Positions 14,598 through 29,475 of a stretch of 64,000 bases of DNA are shown piece by piece. The notes under the pieces are model-generated. The model made no database searches. It saw nothing but the letters and a program-made list of their open reading frames with translations, and was not told where the DNA came from. How positions within the stretch are numbered: position 1 is the first letter of the stretch; each line of letters starts with the position of its first letter. The translations under genes were made by a program, and so were the position numbers. The stretch is from positions 38,254,001-38,318,000 of the forward strand of contig OZ024749.1 of NCBI GenBank assembly GCA_964016885.1, given 5' to 3'. Source of the stretch: Eledone cirrhosa. Lineage: Eukaryota.

Positions 14598-15321
14598 ATC
14601 GATTAAATCGACCCCAGTGCATGACTGGTACTTTATTTTATCGACCGCGTAAGGATGAAGGGCAAAGTTAACCTCAGCGGGATTTGAACTCAGACCGTAA
14701 AGGGCCGTAAACACTATGCTGCAAATCATGGCGTCCGACTCTCTACTGATACTGCCAATCTACCGCCCTGTGTGTGTCGTATCTATAGTATTAATAATTG
14801 TTTCTACTTTAGGCACAAGGCCAGCAAATTACTCAGTGCATTACTGGTACTTTATTTTATCGACCCCGTAAGGATGAAAGGCAAAGTCAACCTCGGCGGG
14901 ATTTGAACTCAGATCGTAAAGGGACGTAACTATGCTGGAAAGCATGGCGTCCGACCTTCTACCGATACTGCCAATCCACTAATGACAGTAATACATATGT
15001 GTGTGTGTGTGCGTTAGTGTGTGTGAGTGGTGTGTGTGTGTTTGTATGCATGAGTGTTTTTGTGTGAATGTGTGTGAATGCGTGTGAGTGAGTGTATGTG
15101 GGTGTGTGTGTGTGTGTCGTATGTATGGGTGACATTAAGTGATTGGCAGTATCGGTAGAGGGTCGGACGCCATGCTTTCCAGCATAGTTACGTCCCTTTA
15201 CGATCTGAGTTCAAATCCCGTCGAGGTTAACTTTGCCTTTCATCCTTACGGGGTCGATAAAATAAAGTACCAGTAATGCACTGGGTATTTGCTGGCCTTG
15301 TGCCAAACGTAGAAACAATTA
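14598..15321. mobile_element. Two minus-strand SINEs and one plus-strand SINE around (GT)n
   Basis: 14598-14770 (-), 14795-14980 (-), 15140-15321 (+, ATTAAGTGA TSD). Confidence 0.9.
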
Positions 15322-15494
15322 AGTGAGAAGGAAACTCCTTAAAAACTACCGTTGAAGCAAATCCTAGTCATCTTGCTTCAGCATGTCACTGGACTATAGT
15401 TGCGGATACTCAGGGAGTGGTACTCATGTTCTACAAGCGTTTTCACTATAATATACTGTTGCACAGATGGCTCTTACATCTTTTTTTGTCTTCA

Positions 15495-15836
15495 GATATA
15501 CATATGTACATACATATGGGACAGGGAAAAGAAGGCATGCACAGTAGTGGAAGTTAGCTGTCCAGCAGATGCCAATATAATATCAAAAATTAGTGAAAAG
15601 GAGAATATTTAAGCAGAACTAATGAAAAATGTGCTGATACTCCACTCTGATTACACCTTCAGATTTATGCCTGTGATTATTGGGGCACTGGGATATGTTA
15701 GTAACTGTCTGAATACAAATATTGAGAAGCTGGCTTTCACAGAAACAGAAAGAACACAACTAGATAGGGAATTACAAGTATAATCCATTAATGGAACTGT
15801 AAAAATATGTAGAACATTCCAAAATATTTGCATCTA
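15495..15836 (+). pseudogene. 3' end of an R4/Dong-like LINE (restriction-like endonuclease)
   Basis: IWDREKKACTVVEVSCP...FMPVIIGALG...GTVKICRTF with in-frame stops. Confidence 0.7.
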
Positions 15837-16367
15837 ATAACTGCATATACACATGTACAGATACAAAGCATATGCACATGCAGACATACACGTAAAAACA
15901 TACACATCCACACATACAATAACATCCATACCTGCACACACATGCATACTTACATAATCTACCTAGTTCATGTTGTGTAAATTCCAATGAGAGAGTCTTG
16001 TAACTATGCTAGAAACCGACTTTCTCTCTCTCTGGGCAAACATTTGTGAAATTATAAAACCAGAAGAACTTACATACATATCATACATACTTATATACAT
16101 ATATACTTAGATGCATGCATAGATACAGGTCCACACTCGCCCACACATACGTACATACATACATAATTACATACATGCTTTTTACTTTACTGGATAATCT
16201 TTTGGAAACAAATCCTACACCAAAATATTCCGGTGATTATTGCGAAGCAACTTTTTATACGCTCTTATCTTTAGGCAGTTTAAAATGGAGGATTAGATCT
16301 AATGTGACGTTGTATTACTTCCGAGAAACATGATGTCGTTTTAATGGTCAGGTGTACAGTGAGGATT

Positions 16368-16415
<48 letters not shown>

Positions 16416-16879
16416 CCGTCTTTTATAATTATTAAAACACGATCAAATGAGGACGTCTTCAGTATGTTAGAAGTAGCAACCAAATTTCATTCAAATCGTA
16501 CTCTGGCGTCGTTTTAGAAACATGTGAGCCCATTGGACTATGTTTAAATTGTGTACGATCAAAGACTCCTGGTGGTTGACAGGTTTGTATGTCTTGGCAG
16601 TACCTTAAGTGTTCTGTGCATCCTTGACAATGGAATATCATCAAGAATTTCTTTCGGAAAGTTGGAAAAGCGACTATGGTCCTAACAGGGTAGCTCTATT
16701 GATATTACAGTTAAGGTCTACGTGACTTGTAAAATCTCATCTCTACTGCAACCTTGTAACACGTGGGCTATTTGTCGGAAGCATTTGAAACATTTGGGGC
16801 ACTTTCACCATCAATGCCTTCGCCGGATTTAGGGTCTACACTGGAGATATTTGTGAGTGATGTTGTGGTCATTGAAAGT

Positions 16880-17573
16880 CACTGTCGATTATTTCACAAC
16901 ACTGTCTCCGATTGGTGGTACATTTGGGGAGAATGGAGACCTGTTGTCTACACAAACGACTCCTTTATTGTGAGTTGAGAGATGGCAAACGTCCACTCCA
17001 AAAATCTAAGGTGAGATTCAAGGACTGTACGAAAACAATTCTGATGAAAGTCGGTATCTTCGAACGAGACGAGCAACAGGCTCCCAACGATAGAACTGTC
17101 TGGAGGGAAGCTCTATGTGAAGGGAAAGTACACTTTAAAATGTCCCGAAGAATTTATAAAAGGTTAAAAAGGGATATAAGGAAGGGATTCAAGGTGGAAT
17201 TGCCAGGAAAGGTGGAGATCAAAGAGAGCTGACATACAATGAGTGTGTGAGAGTCTGCCTCAGCAAAGCTGGATTAAAGGGTCCCAAAAGAAGCCATCTA
17301 ACAGAGGCTGATGCATATTACGTTGGTGTATATGGTATAACAATCTTCCATCAATATAGTAATGTCTACCAAACTACAGTAGGTCTGCGACATCGCATGA
17401 AAGTACATCAGAACCAGATATCGATTCTAGCGCCAAAGGAGATGTCTGTAACATCTGTGTCAGAGAATGTAGGACACTTGGTGGCCTGAAATACCACATC
17501 CTTGCCACACATATACAGGAGCGTGTTTAAAAGTTTAAGTGATGTCTTTTCTCAAGCGTGAGGTAGCCGCCAT
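16880..17573 (+). pseudogene. RTE-clade LINE 3' end with three decayed C2H2-like fingers
   Basis: HLGRMETCCLHKRLLYCELRDGKR...RFKD...DRTVWR; ECVRVCLSKAGL..H; CNICVRECRTLGGLKYH. Confidence 0.75.
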
Positions 17574-17773
17574 AATGTATGTATATATGTATGTATGTTA
17601 GTCTGAGTGTTTATGTATGCATGCATGAATGTAATTATGTACCTTTGTATGTATTTATGTAAGTATATATGTATGTGTGTATAAGTATATATCTATGTAT
17701 GTATGTACGTATGCATATATGTACGCATGTGCGTATATATATATATGTATATGTATATATATATAAAAAGGTT

Positions 17774-17855
<82 letters not shown>

Positions 17856-18052
17856 TACGTGTTTTGCAACGGGTCACATTGTGGCTGAATGAAAAGTTTA
17901 TAAATTAAATAATCAGAGCTATATATCATAAAACATGTCTATAGAATCACCAGATAAAATATATACCATTTCCTCTCCCAATTAGCATAATTAACCATAT
18001 AAAAAATCGAATAGACCAGGCTATAAGAATAAGGCTTCTATGAAGAAATCTC

Positions 18053-18103
<51 letters not shown>

Positions 18104-18231
18104 TGCCTGTGTGTCTAAGTATGTATGTATTTATGTATATACGTGTTTATAGATGTACGCATATGAGTATATATGTATCCATGTATGTATGCACGTGTTG
18201 GTTATGCATGTATATGTATGCATTTACGTAC

Positions 18232-18285
<54 letters not shown>

Positions 18286-18624
18286 TTATTATTATATATA
18301 TTATATTTATATATATATATTATTATATATATTATATTTATATATATATATGTGTTTGTGTGTATGTGTGTGTGTGTGCAATTATATATGCATGAATGCA
18401 CGCACCAAAAACGTAAACGGAAACAACAAAGTAAACCACATAGTACAATTATTTTAACGCTTGATTTAATAGGAAAATATTTTTTATATGTTTCGGACAT
18501 TAATCCTTCATCAGCAGACAGAATGAGAAATAAAATATGAAATAATAATAGACTGAGAATTGGAAGGAACGGAGATAATGTTTAAGAAAACGCACGTGTA
18601 TATTCATTCATTTTGGATCCCCCC

Positions 18625-18674
<50 letters not shown>

Positions 18675-18720
18675 ATTTATATATATATATATATACATAA
18701 TATATATATATATATATATA

Positions 18721-18909
18721 TAACGAAGGAAATGTGGTAAGGAACCAGATGGACCATAACGCACCAAAGTACTCAATACCTAGGGTAGTAGAGTGGGTAA
18801 TAGGAACAAGTAAGACCCTGACGGCTGAGCTCAAGCCGTTTCGACGGCTAATTCTGAGAATTAGCCGGCGAAACGGCTTGAGCTCAGCCGTCGGGGTCTT
18901 ACTTGTTCC

Positions 18910-18911
<2 letters not shown>
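18721..18911 (-). mobile_element. PLE family A: palindrome plus tail
   Basis: Tail 18721-18800; palindrome 18801-18911 centred at 18856. Confidence 0.8.
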
Positions 18912-18943
<32 letters not shown>

Positions 18944-19845
18944 TATATATTTATATATATACATATATATATATCTGTGTGTGTGTGTGTGTGCCTATAT
19001 ATATATATATGTGTGTGAGGGGGGGGGGCGTTTGTGTGTGTGTGTGTGACTATATATATATATATGTGTGTGGGGGGTCGTTTGTGTGTGTGTGTACATA
19101 GATATAATAATACTGAAATGAAGTCATGTGATAGGACCGCAAATCATCGATCGTTTTCCTACTCAATGCTTTAATTAAGGTAGTATCATTAAGATAGCAA
19201 CCAAAAGGAAATCAGAGTGCACACTTATACGTTAAATAGTGAGAAAAACGATTTCATGTGGGTATAGTGTTTGATTCTCTAGCGCCATTAGTGTCTGCTA
19301 CTTCATTTGTTGTCGAAAGTCCATATGGAGGTAATATATATGTTTGTGTTTGTGTCCTTATGTGTGTCTGTATTTGACTGTTTGTGTATGTGTGTGCGTG
19401 TGTTTGAGTGTTTGTACGTTTTGTATGTGTGTGTGTGTTTCAGTGTTTGTACGTTTGTGTGTGTGTGTTTGTGTGTGTTTGGGTATTTGTGTTTGTGTGT
19501 GCGTGTGTGTGTGTTCCAGTGTGTGTGAGTGTGTGTGTGTGTTTGCGTACGTCAAATTAGCAGCTGATTTCTCTACGATATGACAGATCTGAGTCAAGAA
19601 TTGTTAAAACTGTCCAACATAACAGCTGTAGGAGAAAGAAGCTGAAATTTGTAGATTTTGTCTTAGAAATATATCAAATGTTAACAGCAGCAACAACCCC
19701 AATAACAGTAGCAACAACAGTAACAACACTAGTAGCAGAAGCAACAACAGCAACACCAGCAGTAGTAGCAGTAACAAAAACCACACTATCACGACAACAA
19801 CTGCAGCACCACCAACACCAACAGCAGAAACTACAGTGGGGGAGA

Positions 19846-20030
19846 TAATTGTTTCTACTTTTGGCACAAGGCCAGCAATTACCCAGTACATTACTGGTAC
19901 TTTATTTTATCGACCCCGTAGGGATGAAAGGCAAAGTTAACCTCGGCGTGATTTGAACTCAGACTATAAAGGGACGTAACTATGCTAGAAAGCATGGCGT
20001 CCAACCCTCTACCGATACTGCCAATTCTCC
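19846..20030 (-). mobile_element. tRNA-derived SINE
   Basis: Near full-length match to other copies. Confidence 0.9.
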
Positions 20031-20289
20031 GTGATAATGATCCACTTGTTCGATAACGGCACAGCTAGCTCTTGAAATTAACGTATAAGAGGCTGATAAT
20101 TTCACAAATACATGTAAATATAATGGAATTCTCAGGGAGATTCAGCGTGACACACTTCATGACAGGGCTAGCCGTCTAAATTTCCCATACATTCCATCCG
20201 GTGGGATTCAAAATAGTTTCACTGGACGTAATTTCACTGGCAACGCACCGGCGGTATTCTTGAGACGGACACACTAACCACTAACCAAT

Positions 20290-20430
20290 GGGGAAACGCC
20301 TTCTCTATTCTGTCCCCCGGGGCTGTGGGGAGGTCAGCACGTGGGACCCCATTTGCTCACCATACAGAGAGGTGGGAGGGCGACAGAGATGGAGGCGATG
20401 ACAGTGGGAGTTCGGCTCTTCCACGTTCGG
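20290..20430. repeat. Dispersed GC-rich ~140-bp repeat, copy 1
   Basis: Similar to 25420-25561 and 31614-31756. Confidence 0.85.
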
Positions 20431-20908
20431 ATTACATCCTTGTGGTTGTATTTACCTCATATTCTAAAACGCCCCCCCCCCCTCACTTTTCACACATACG
20501 TCCGTAGACAATTTGTTTACACACAATCACTGTACATGTTTATCGAATTCTCAAAGAATATAAGACAAAACTAACACCTTGGCAGAATTCACACACATAT
20601 ATATATATATATATAGGTACGTCCGATTTATGTTATAAATCTATATATGTAGCAAGAGAGGGAGAGACTGGGAGTGGAGAGTGAGAGAGAGAGTCCATAT
20701 CGTGTGTATATTGTACAATTATAATATTAAATCTTAAAACGTTATACACCAAAGTTGCCAAATCGTCGCCATGTTTGTAATATGATGGATTATTTATCAA
20801 TTATTCATCGGTTTACGTGATAATTGACATAAATATAAAAATCTGTATACAGACACATAACGTTTGTATATATACACACACACACACATATATATATATG
20901 TATATATA

Positions 20909-20950
<42 letters not shown>

Positions 20951-21036
20951 CAAGAAAGTGCCAAAAACACATATATATATCTATGGCTCTGTCTAGTTTA
21001 TGTATATGTAAATCTATATATTTTATATATTTATTT

Positions 21037-21103
<67 letters not shown>

Positions 21104-21215
21104 TCTTTAAAGATATTTACTTATTGTTCCACAATACTTCAAGCAAACTTCAATACTCTCATATATATATATATAATATATATATATATGAATGTACATA
21201 CACATACACACACAT

Positions 21216-21246
<31 letters not shown>

Positions 21247-21368
21247 GTGCCAAGAGTTTCCGAAGTATAGATCAAGGAGATTGCTGTATGTATTATTCAG
21301 CGCCGAAATATATTATATGAATAAGATTTCAACGTAAATGCGTCATACCTAAGATTTCAAACATTAAT

Positions 21369-21672
21369 CAGCATAAGACCCATATTGTATACCAAGACGG
21401 TTGAACCTTATTTCATATATGAAATCTTGTCAAATATTAGGAAGCTAATAATTGTTTTTACTTTTGGCACAAGGCCAGCAATTACCCAGTACATTACTGG
21501 TACTTTATTTTATCGACACCCAGCATAAGACCCATATTGTATACCAAGACGGTTGAACCTTATTTCATATATGAAATCTTGTCAAATATTAGGAAGCTAA
21601 TAATTGTTTCTACTTTTGGCACAAGGCCAGAAATTACCCAGTACATTACTGGTACTTTATTTTATCGACACC
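21369..21672. repeat. 152-bp tandem duplication of a SINE 3' end plus flank
   Basis: 21369-21520 matches 21521-21672. Confidence 0.9.
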
Positions 21673-21923
21673 GAAAGGATGAACGGCAAAGTTAGGCCTG
21701 TTTGTTATATCGGCTCCAAGCATACATATTTTAGATACATAGATCACATCGAACGTTTGATTTTGTTTTGAACCATCTTCTTTTCACGTCTAAAAAGAGT
21801 GTATTAGCCCTGAAATATCTTATTTAAATATACTGGGTAAAACAGTACTTTGTTTGATTTGTCACCATTCTACCGCATTGTACCAGATTTCTGAAATATG
21901 TCACTCATATATGCATATACACA

Positions 21924-21975
<52 letters not shown>

Positions 21976-23631
21976 AGCAAAAGGGATATTCAATTTGTTG
22001 GTAATTCAACAAATATAAATATTTATAACTGATTCAGAGCACTCGACAAGTTTTCTGGAGTATAATATTCAATGATATTAAATAAATGGAAACTATATTT
22101 ATAAAACCATATTTATTCTATTATATATATTTCAAGGTTACCAAAACTTTGGTACGCTCTCATCAGATAAAATACAATTTTTTTTTATAAATGTTGACAT
22201 AACCAAGAAAAGATACCTTAACGGTTCAAGTTGTTCTTGGAGAGTGAAGGAAAAGAGAAGAAAAGTCAGATATTTCAAATTATTAAGATGAGTATGCAAA
22301 TGAGGCTGAGGTATAGGGCTGAAAAAACGTTATTTTTAGACGCTATACAGAATTTAAATAATTAAGATGTATAAGTAGGAAAAAGAAAATGTATAAGTAG
22401 GGAAAATGTATAAGTAGGAAAAAGAAAAAAGAAAGAAGAGCTTGTATTTACGTTAATTTAAAAGGAATTAACAATTTGCGGGAATGGTGGAATATGATTC
22501 CAGAATTTAAATTTATTTAGCTATATTATGAGTTATAATATTGTATATATAATCAATTATATTATATGAAGAATTATGGTTGTAAGTAGATTTTATCTTA
22601 TTGCATTACAATAGGTTGTAAGTATATAAATATCTATTTTAAATTAATAATTGTGCATGTATAAGTATTATAGAAATAGAAATAATTTACAATTATTAGT
22701 TGTTTACATTTCTAATATGAGTTACGAAGGATGTTGATTTTGCATTTTACATAACAAAAACACGTAGTTCAAGTTGTAAGAGGAGAACAATTTGTAGATT
22801 CAAATATTTTGTTCCAACATTGAAAATGTTTTCAGAATATTGTTAAACTAGCGAAGTTATATAGTTTATCATACATATTATATTATAATATAATGTTTGT
22901 TTGCACGATTGAAAAGGAAAAGATAACTCCAATCGTGTTTGTTAACCGTTAAATTTGGTGAATGATTTACTCAGAAAATATATAGAGAAAATTATATATT
23001 ATTTTGTGTGAGATTAATTTCAATTATATATTATTTTAGTCGAAAGATGTGTGAAATTTTGAAGATCAAAGAAGAGGAAAAAAGTAATGTGCATTTCGAA
23101 GAACTATCGTAAAGAGGATAAACTTTCAGAATGTCAATTAAGGATTATCAATCTACATCTAATAAAATATATTTAGAGGGGTATCATTAAGAAAATAATG
23201 TCAAATGGTAAAAATAGTAAAAATAGTAAAAAATTAAGAAGGAAGATCATTTTAAAAAAATTTAAATTTAAATTTTTAAAGAAAATAGGATCATTTTAAA
23301 GTTGTATATGATATATTCAAGTGTAATGAATATCTTAAATTAAAAATACTTCTGAAAGTGGAATTTTGGCGATGTCTGCAACTAAAAAATAATTGGTTTA
23401 AGATTAATAGAGTTTTGACAATTAATTATATAAAAAAATTTCCTCGATACACAAATTACAGAATCTTGAGAAAGCCATATTTCGGTATGCAGGTGCTTTC
23501 AAAATAGTTCCCCAAGATATTGAATAGTCTATATTGTTGTCTTTTAAGTTACAAATTAAATGTGAAAGTGAAGTGGAAGATTTTTTATCGGATCTATTAA
23601 ATAGATAACAATAACATGATAAAAAATCTTC

Positions 23632-23635
<4 letters not shown>
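21976..23635 (-). mobile_element. 5'-truncated PLE: GIY-YIG C-terminus, ~1.3-kb AT-rich 3'UTR, family B end
   Basis: TSLSHLICNLKDNNIDYSISWGTILKAPAY...FCNLCIEE...SCRH at ~23350-23630; hammerhead ~22112-22174; tail hairpin 22041-22061. Confidence 0.75.
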
Positions 23636-23716
<81 letters not shown>

Positions 23717-23766
23717 ATATTAAAGATACTATTTATAGTTATGTATATACTATACTATAAACAACT

Positions 23767-23856
23767 ATAAATAGGGAAGGTCAGTAATTTATTACTACCT
23801 TATTACCAGTAAGAGAAATAGCTCAATGTAAGAACATCAGTTGTTTTACAGAGCAG

Positions 23857-23860
<4 letters not shown>
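23767..23860 (-). mobile_element. Tail-only PLE end (family E)
   Basis: GCTC-stemloop-TT-GAGC hairpin at 23821-23854, 5 nt from (TA)n. Confidence 0.5.
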
Positions 23861-23925
<65 letters not shown>

Positions 23926-24409
23926 GTCAGTTTTTATGTTTATTCTTTGATGAATATTAAAGTGTTATACGTTCATAAACAACTAGCTAAACAATTGTTG
24001 TGATGGAGTGTCATTTGCAGGTCATGTGATTACTCACTTACGTGTGCGCGTACACACACAGAGAGAATACGCTCTACACACACACACACACGCACACGCA
24101 CATGTGCACACACTCACACAATACAATGCTTCTACTATTATGTTTGTCTTTTTTTATCTACCATGTTAAATTATTGAACATTACGTATAAAGCTAGATAT
24201 GTCAAACGATTGATACATGTGTGTTTGTGAGTATGTGTGAGTGTGTATCTTTGTGTTGCTGTTGTATATTTTGTATAAATATGTGTGTGTGTATATGTTA
24301 TACTGAGTTCTATACTTCCAAAATCTGTAGAAATATTAAATATCTGTCAATTATCTCGAAGCTTCTTCTCTCTGAAAGAATTCTTCGCATTTAGGTGATG
24401 AAGAGACTT

Positions 24410-24900
24410 TGAATGTTAAATAATTTGACATTTACACAAGTGAGGTTATCAGGCAAATAATATATTATATAACAAGTGGGCTGATTGCTTGCTAAATAAT
24501 ATATTATATAACAACTGATGTGATGGAATAAATAATTTAATATATATAACGAATGTGACTGCTAAATAATTTAATATATAAATGTGAGGTTTTGATCAAA
24601 ATAATTTAATATATAACAATTGATATTGTGAGTTAAATAATTTAATAGATAACTCAAGTTAGCTTATGGGGTGAATAATCTAGCACATATAACATAGGTT
24701 AGGTGTCTGCTAAATAATGTTTTTCCTATATAACAAGTACCAGGACGGCTAAATATTTTAATATATAACAATTACGTTAACGAGTTAAATAATTTAATAT
24801 ACAACAACCGAGGTGAATATTGCATAATTGAATATATGTCATAATTGAGGTGACAATTATCTAAATAATTGTATAACAAATGTAAGGGATTCTTAATTAA
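24410..24900. repeat. Old ~37-bp AT-rich minisatellite
   Basis: Recurrent AAATAATTTAATATATAACAA. Confidence 0.65.
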
Positions 24901-24903
24901 ATA

Positions 24904-25072
24904 CCGTATTTCCCGGCGCCGAAGACGCTTCGTCCCCGAGGACGCACCCTAATTTTGACAACCAAAAATTTGAAAAAAAATAATAAACACCCTTCGCCCT
25001 CCAGGACGCACGGTAGAATTTCGAGACTTATTTTTAGAAAAAAAGTAGCGTCATCGACGCCGGGAAATACGG
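24904..25072. mobile_element. pogo/Tigger-like MITE
   Basis: ~26-bp TIRs CCGTATTTCCCGGCG..GACGCT and TA target duplication. Confidence 0.85.
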
Positions 25073-25419
25073 TAATTTGGCTACTGATATTTTTTTCTTT
25101 TCTTTTTTGTCAGCTGAGTGAATGGAAATGTTTGCTAGAGAACAGAGTGCAGTCCTATTCGAGAAATAAAGTTATGACTTTACTATCATAATTCCAACTC
25201 AATAACAACTAAGCCACCTGTTTTTTAAACAAAAAGCTGCATCTAATTTAATGTTCCCCACCACAAAAATAACTGCCATTGTGGCGTTTTGTGATTAACT
25301 TCTCCTGCAGTATAGAACGTGGTAATTCTATATTTTCTAGTATACATCCACGCTCCCCCGCTCATCCACGCCAAATCATGTGACAGATCATAACAAGCGC
25401 ATCTCCTTTACGATCCTTC

Positions 25420-25561
25420 GGGAAAACGCTTTCTCCATTCTCTCCGCCGGGGCTGTGGGGCGGCCAGCACGTGGGACCCCATTTGCTTACAATACAGAGA
25501 GATGGGGAGGGCGAGAGAGATGGAGGCGATGACAGTGGGAGTTCTGCTCTTCCGTGTTCGG
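25420..25561. repeat. Dispersed GC-rich ~140-bp repeat, copy 2
   Basis: See copy 1. Confidence 0.85.
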
Positions 25562-26412
25562 AAACATTGCACCTGTCATGTGGATGATGTGATACTTTGA
25601 CCATCCATCGTCATCACTATATGATACGGCCCTCTCCACAGTTTTAAATATATTTACAAGGCTGATACATGGCAAAAAAGTTTAGCGATTTATTTAATGA
25701 TCACATGAAAATGTTACATACTTAATCTTATAATAGAAAATTGTTTCAAACTGTGATCCTTTAAGGATTAGCGATGTGCCTCTATGAGATTTGCAAATTA
25801 AATAGTTTTCTAGTTAGCATTTATGGTTGCATCAACCCTGTACATTGACAGTGGCGGTCTCTGAACGAGAAACAAACTGACCGCCATACATGACTAGTAT
25901 TTTATTGTAACATTGTAGCAGCTATGAACACATTTGTCAACCACAACACGTAATATTGGTGATGTATGGTATTCGTTTGCTTTTCTATATAATCGTATGA
26001 TCTTCACTGAAAAAAAAATGGATGCCATCTAATGGAATTTTAATATTAAACCGAACAAATATTTCACCAAATATATTATATGACATATTTGACAACTTCA
26101 ATGAAAAAAGACAAAACAAAAGTAAAAGTAAATTCTTTCTATGTGATGAACAACTCTTCCATATTTAAGTCCCTGCTGTATGTTACGAGCTGAAGTGTTG
26201 CTAGCAAATTTCTCCTATAACGCTTCGCTTGACAATAAATTTAACATGAGTTCTCCTTATCTTTCTTCTTCGTCTTTTCCTCTTCCATCTTCGACAACTT
26301 TTCGTTCGTCTATTTCTCCCTTTTAGTTTTCGCTCTTCTTCTTCTCTTCCCCCACCCCCTACTTTTTGACGTTGGGTAATGTTGGATAATGTTGGGTAAT
26401 AACAATAATAAA

Positions 26413-27330
26413 TACTTCTACTATAGACACCAAGCCAGCAATTTGGGGGGAGGGGAAAGTCGATTCCAGTGAATTACTGGTACTTTATTTTATGGAAGCC
26501 GTAAAGATAAAAGACAAAGCTAACCTCGGCGGAATTTGAACTCAGAAGGTAAAAGAATATAATTATAATTATGGTTTCTGATTAAGGCAAAAGGCCAGCA
26601 ATTTCGGGTGAAGGTAAAGTCGATTAAATGGACCTCACTACGTTACTGGTACTTTATTTTATTGAACCCGTAAGGATAAAATGTAAAGCTAACCTCTTCG
26701 GGATTTGAAATCGAAACGTAAAGGGACGTAACTATAATAATTGTTTCTACTTTTGGCACAAGGTCAGCATTTATCCCAGTGCATTACTGGTACTTTATTT
26801 TATCGATCCCGTAAGGATGAAAGACAAAGTTAACCTCGGAGGCATTCGAACTCAGACCGTAAAAGAGCGTAACTCTATGCTGCAAAGCATGGCGTTCGAC
26901 TCTCTATTGATACTGCCAAAATAATAATAACAATAATTGTTTCTACTTTAGGCACAAGGCCAGCAATTACCCAGTGCATTACTGGTACTTTATTTTATCG
27001 ACCCCGTAAGGATGAAAGGCAAAGTCAACCTCGGCGGGATTTGAACTCAGATCGTAAAGGGCCGTAACTCTATGCTGCAAAGCATGGCGTCCGACCCTCT
27101 ACCGATACTGCCAATCCACCGCTAGTATAGGCACAAGGCCAGCAATTTGAAGGGAAGGGAAAAGTCGATTAAATCTACCCCAGTGCATTATTGGGGGGCT
27201 TTATTTTATCGACCCCGTAAGGACGAAAGGCTAAGCTAACCTCGGCGGGATTTTATCTCAGACCGTAAAGGGCCGTAACTCTATACAGCCTGTTTTCCGA
27301 TGCTCTACTGATACTGCCAATCCACCGCCC
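26413..27330 (-). mobile_element. Head-to-tail array of five tRNA-SINE copies
   Basis: Repeated SINE bodies, most joined through (ATT)n tails. Confidence 0.9.
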
Positions 27331-28025
27331 TTATTATAATGAAGAGGTAGAGGAGCAGCGTAATGGAATATGAGAGATAGTTTGATAACGTCTCAAATCG
27401 TGGATTGCATGGTCGGATGGTTTTGGGAGGTATATGTGGTTTAGCGGTCGGCTGGTCAGATCGTTTTGCTGGTCTGGATGGTCAGTTGGTTGGGTGGTTG
27501 TGTGCGGCGGAGATGGTATCGGTGATTTTGAGTGTCTGGAATGGTTGGGTGGTCAGGGGGGTTTGGGATGATCAGGGTGTTTTGATGGTCAGGTTGGTTT
27601 AGTGTGTCGGGTTAAAGAATTACACGAGAAAGATTCTTTGCAATCAAGAAACTGTTGAGAAAAGTTCGAAAACCAATTAATATCTTCAAGTGTTGTCTAT
27701 TGATGAGGAACCAATTGATGAGGAACCAATCGCAATGTGTTAGCTAACAGATATATTTCTTTGAGGTTTGCAATTTCACTTTATTCGAAATCATATGGAT
27801 CGAAACGTCATCATCATCACCATCATCGTTCCCATCATCATCATCATCATCATCATTTCCATCATCATCATCATACCCATCATCATCATTCCTATCATCA
27901 TCACCATTATTATTTCACAGCAAAGACCTGGCTTAAGAATTGTTCATTCCACATTGAGATCGACAATTTAATTTCATTCCAAATCGTATCAATCGAAACG
28001 CTATACTAATTATTATTATTATTAT

Positions 28026-28093
<68 letters not shown>

Positions 28094-29186
28094 AAGTTAT
28101 TATTAACATTTTTACTTCATACCGAAAACTTGTCTTTAGATATACTCGTTCCACATTGCTAACATTTAACGTCTATTAAATTCTCATTCAGTTCGTTTCC
28201 TTTAATTTCGTTTTGGTTCCCTGAGCAATAAAATACTCTTTTGCTGCTTTTTAAAATACCGGAATATGAAGAAATCATTGCAGGTGCCAGGAATCATGTG
28301 TCACAATCAACTTATTTTGAAAGAACGAGATATCTTCATTGCGATTGCTTTATCTAGTAGAGATATAGTAGTCAATCTTGTTTTCCCAAACCATGCCCTA
28401 CAGTAGAGATACTGAAATTGAGGGTTTTGTCCTACAAGGCGGTCGAGCTATGTACTGGAGATGGGGAGCTATAAAACTTTCCTTATATATTTTTGCCAAC
28501 AAACAGGATTTTATATTGAAAGAGGATTGACATCAAATTTCTAACGTGTCAGAGGGGAGTGTAGAGCAAAACTAAAAGTTAAGAACCGCTGTTCTATAAT
28601 TTAAAAGAATACATAATATAAGGTGGTCATAGAGACATAATATCCTCATAAAATAGAGATATGGTATCCTCATAAAATAGAGATATGATGGCCACGACTT
28701 GAATATCCTTTATCTTACATATACTCCATCATGATTGACTTAGCGCTAATCGAGAAAGAAATCTACATCGATCTACAGAGGAAATTTATTGAAAATGCCA
28801 CTGTTATATAACGAACGGTTTATTTCGGTGTTTAAATTACATGCCTATTTAATTAACATGGCCATTTAATTAACACGCCTGTATTATTGAATAAAGATAT
28901 TGATCAAGAAGCTTCAGATGCTATAGAGTCATCCAGTAGTACTGAAGACAACTTGTTTCACTTAGGTTAACTCTAAACACAGTAGCATAGGATAGAAGAG
29001 GCATCGAATGACTGAGCGATGGAGCTCAGACGTCAAAGGAAATAAACGAGGATTTTGCTTGAGAAGAGAACTAGAATCCAATAACTTCGCGATTAAACGA
29101 TTGAAAGATTTAAATTAAACTTTGAAATGCTGCGCCGCGTAATATAACGGCAGCAATATATTACTTGTATACACCCAAAGATATAT

Positions 29187-29307
<121 letters not shown>

Positions 29308-29424
29308 AAGATAAGAATGGTGTTTCAAAGAGGAAAGGAAGAAGAATTTAGTTTAAAAGGCACTGAATATATTAAGTATAGAACATACATTTATATTTCA
29401 GATAAAATTGACTATGTGATATAT

Positions 29425-29475
<51 letters not shown>

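Noticed and set aside
18488-18518. Minus-strand CTGATGA-AGGA..TCC-GAAAC
   Set aside because: Core and stem II are present but stems I and III do not pair; a remnant at best
28255-28592. hAT C-terminus-like peptide and AAGTTAAGAACCGCTG end
   Set aside because: Too degraded; no partner TIR or TSD found
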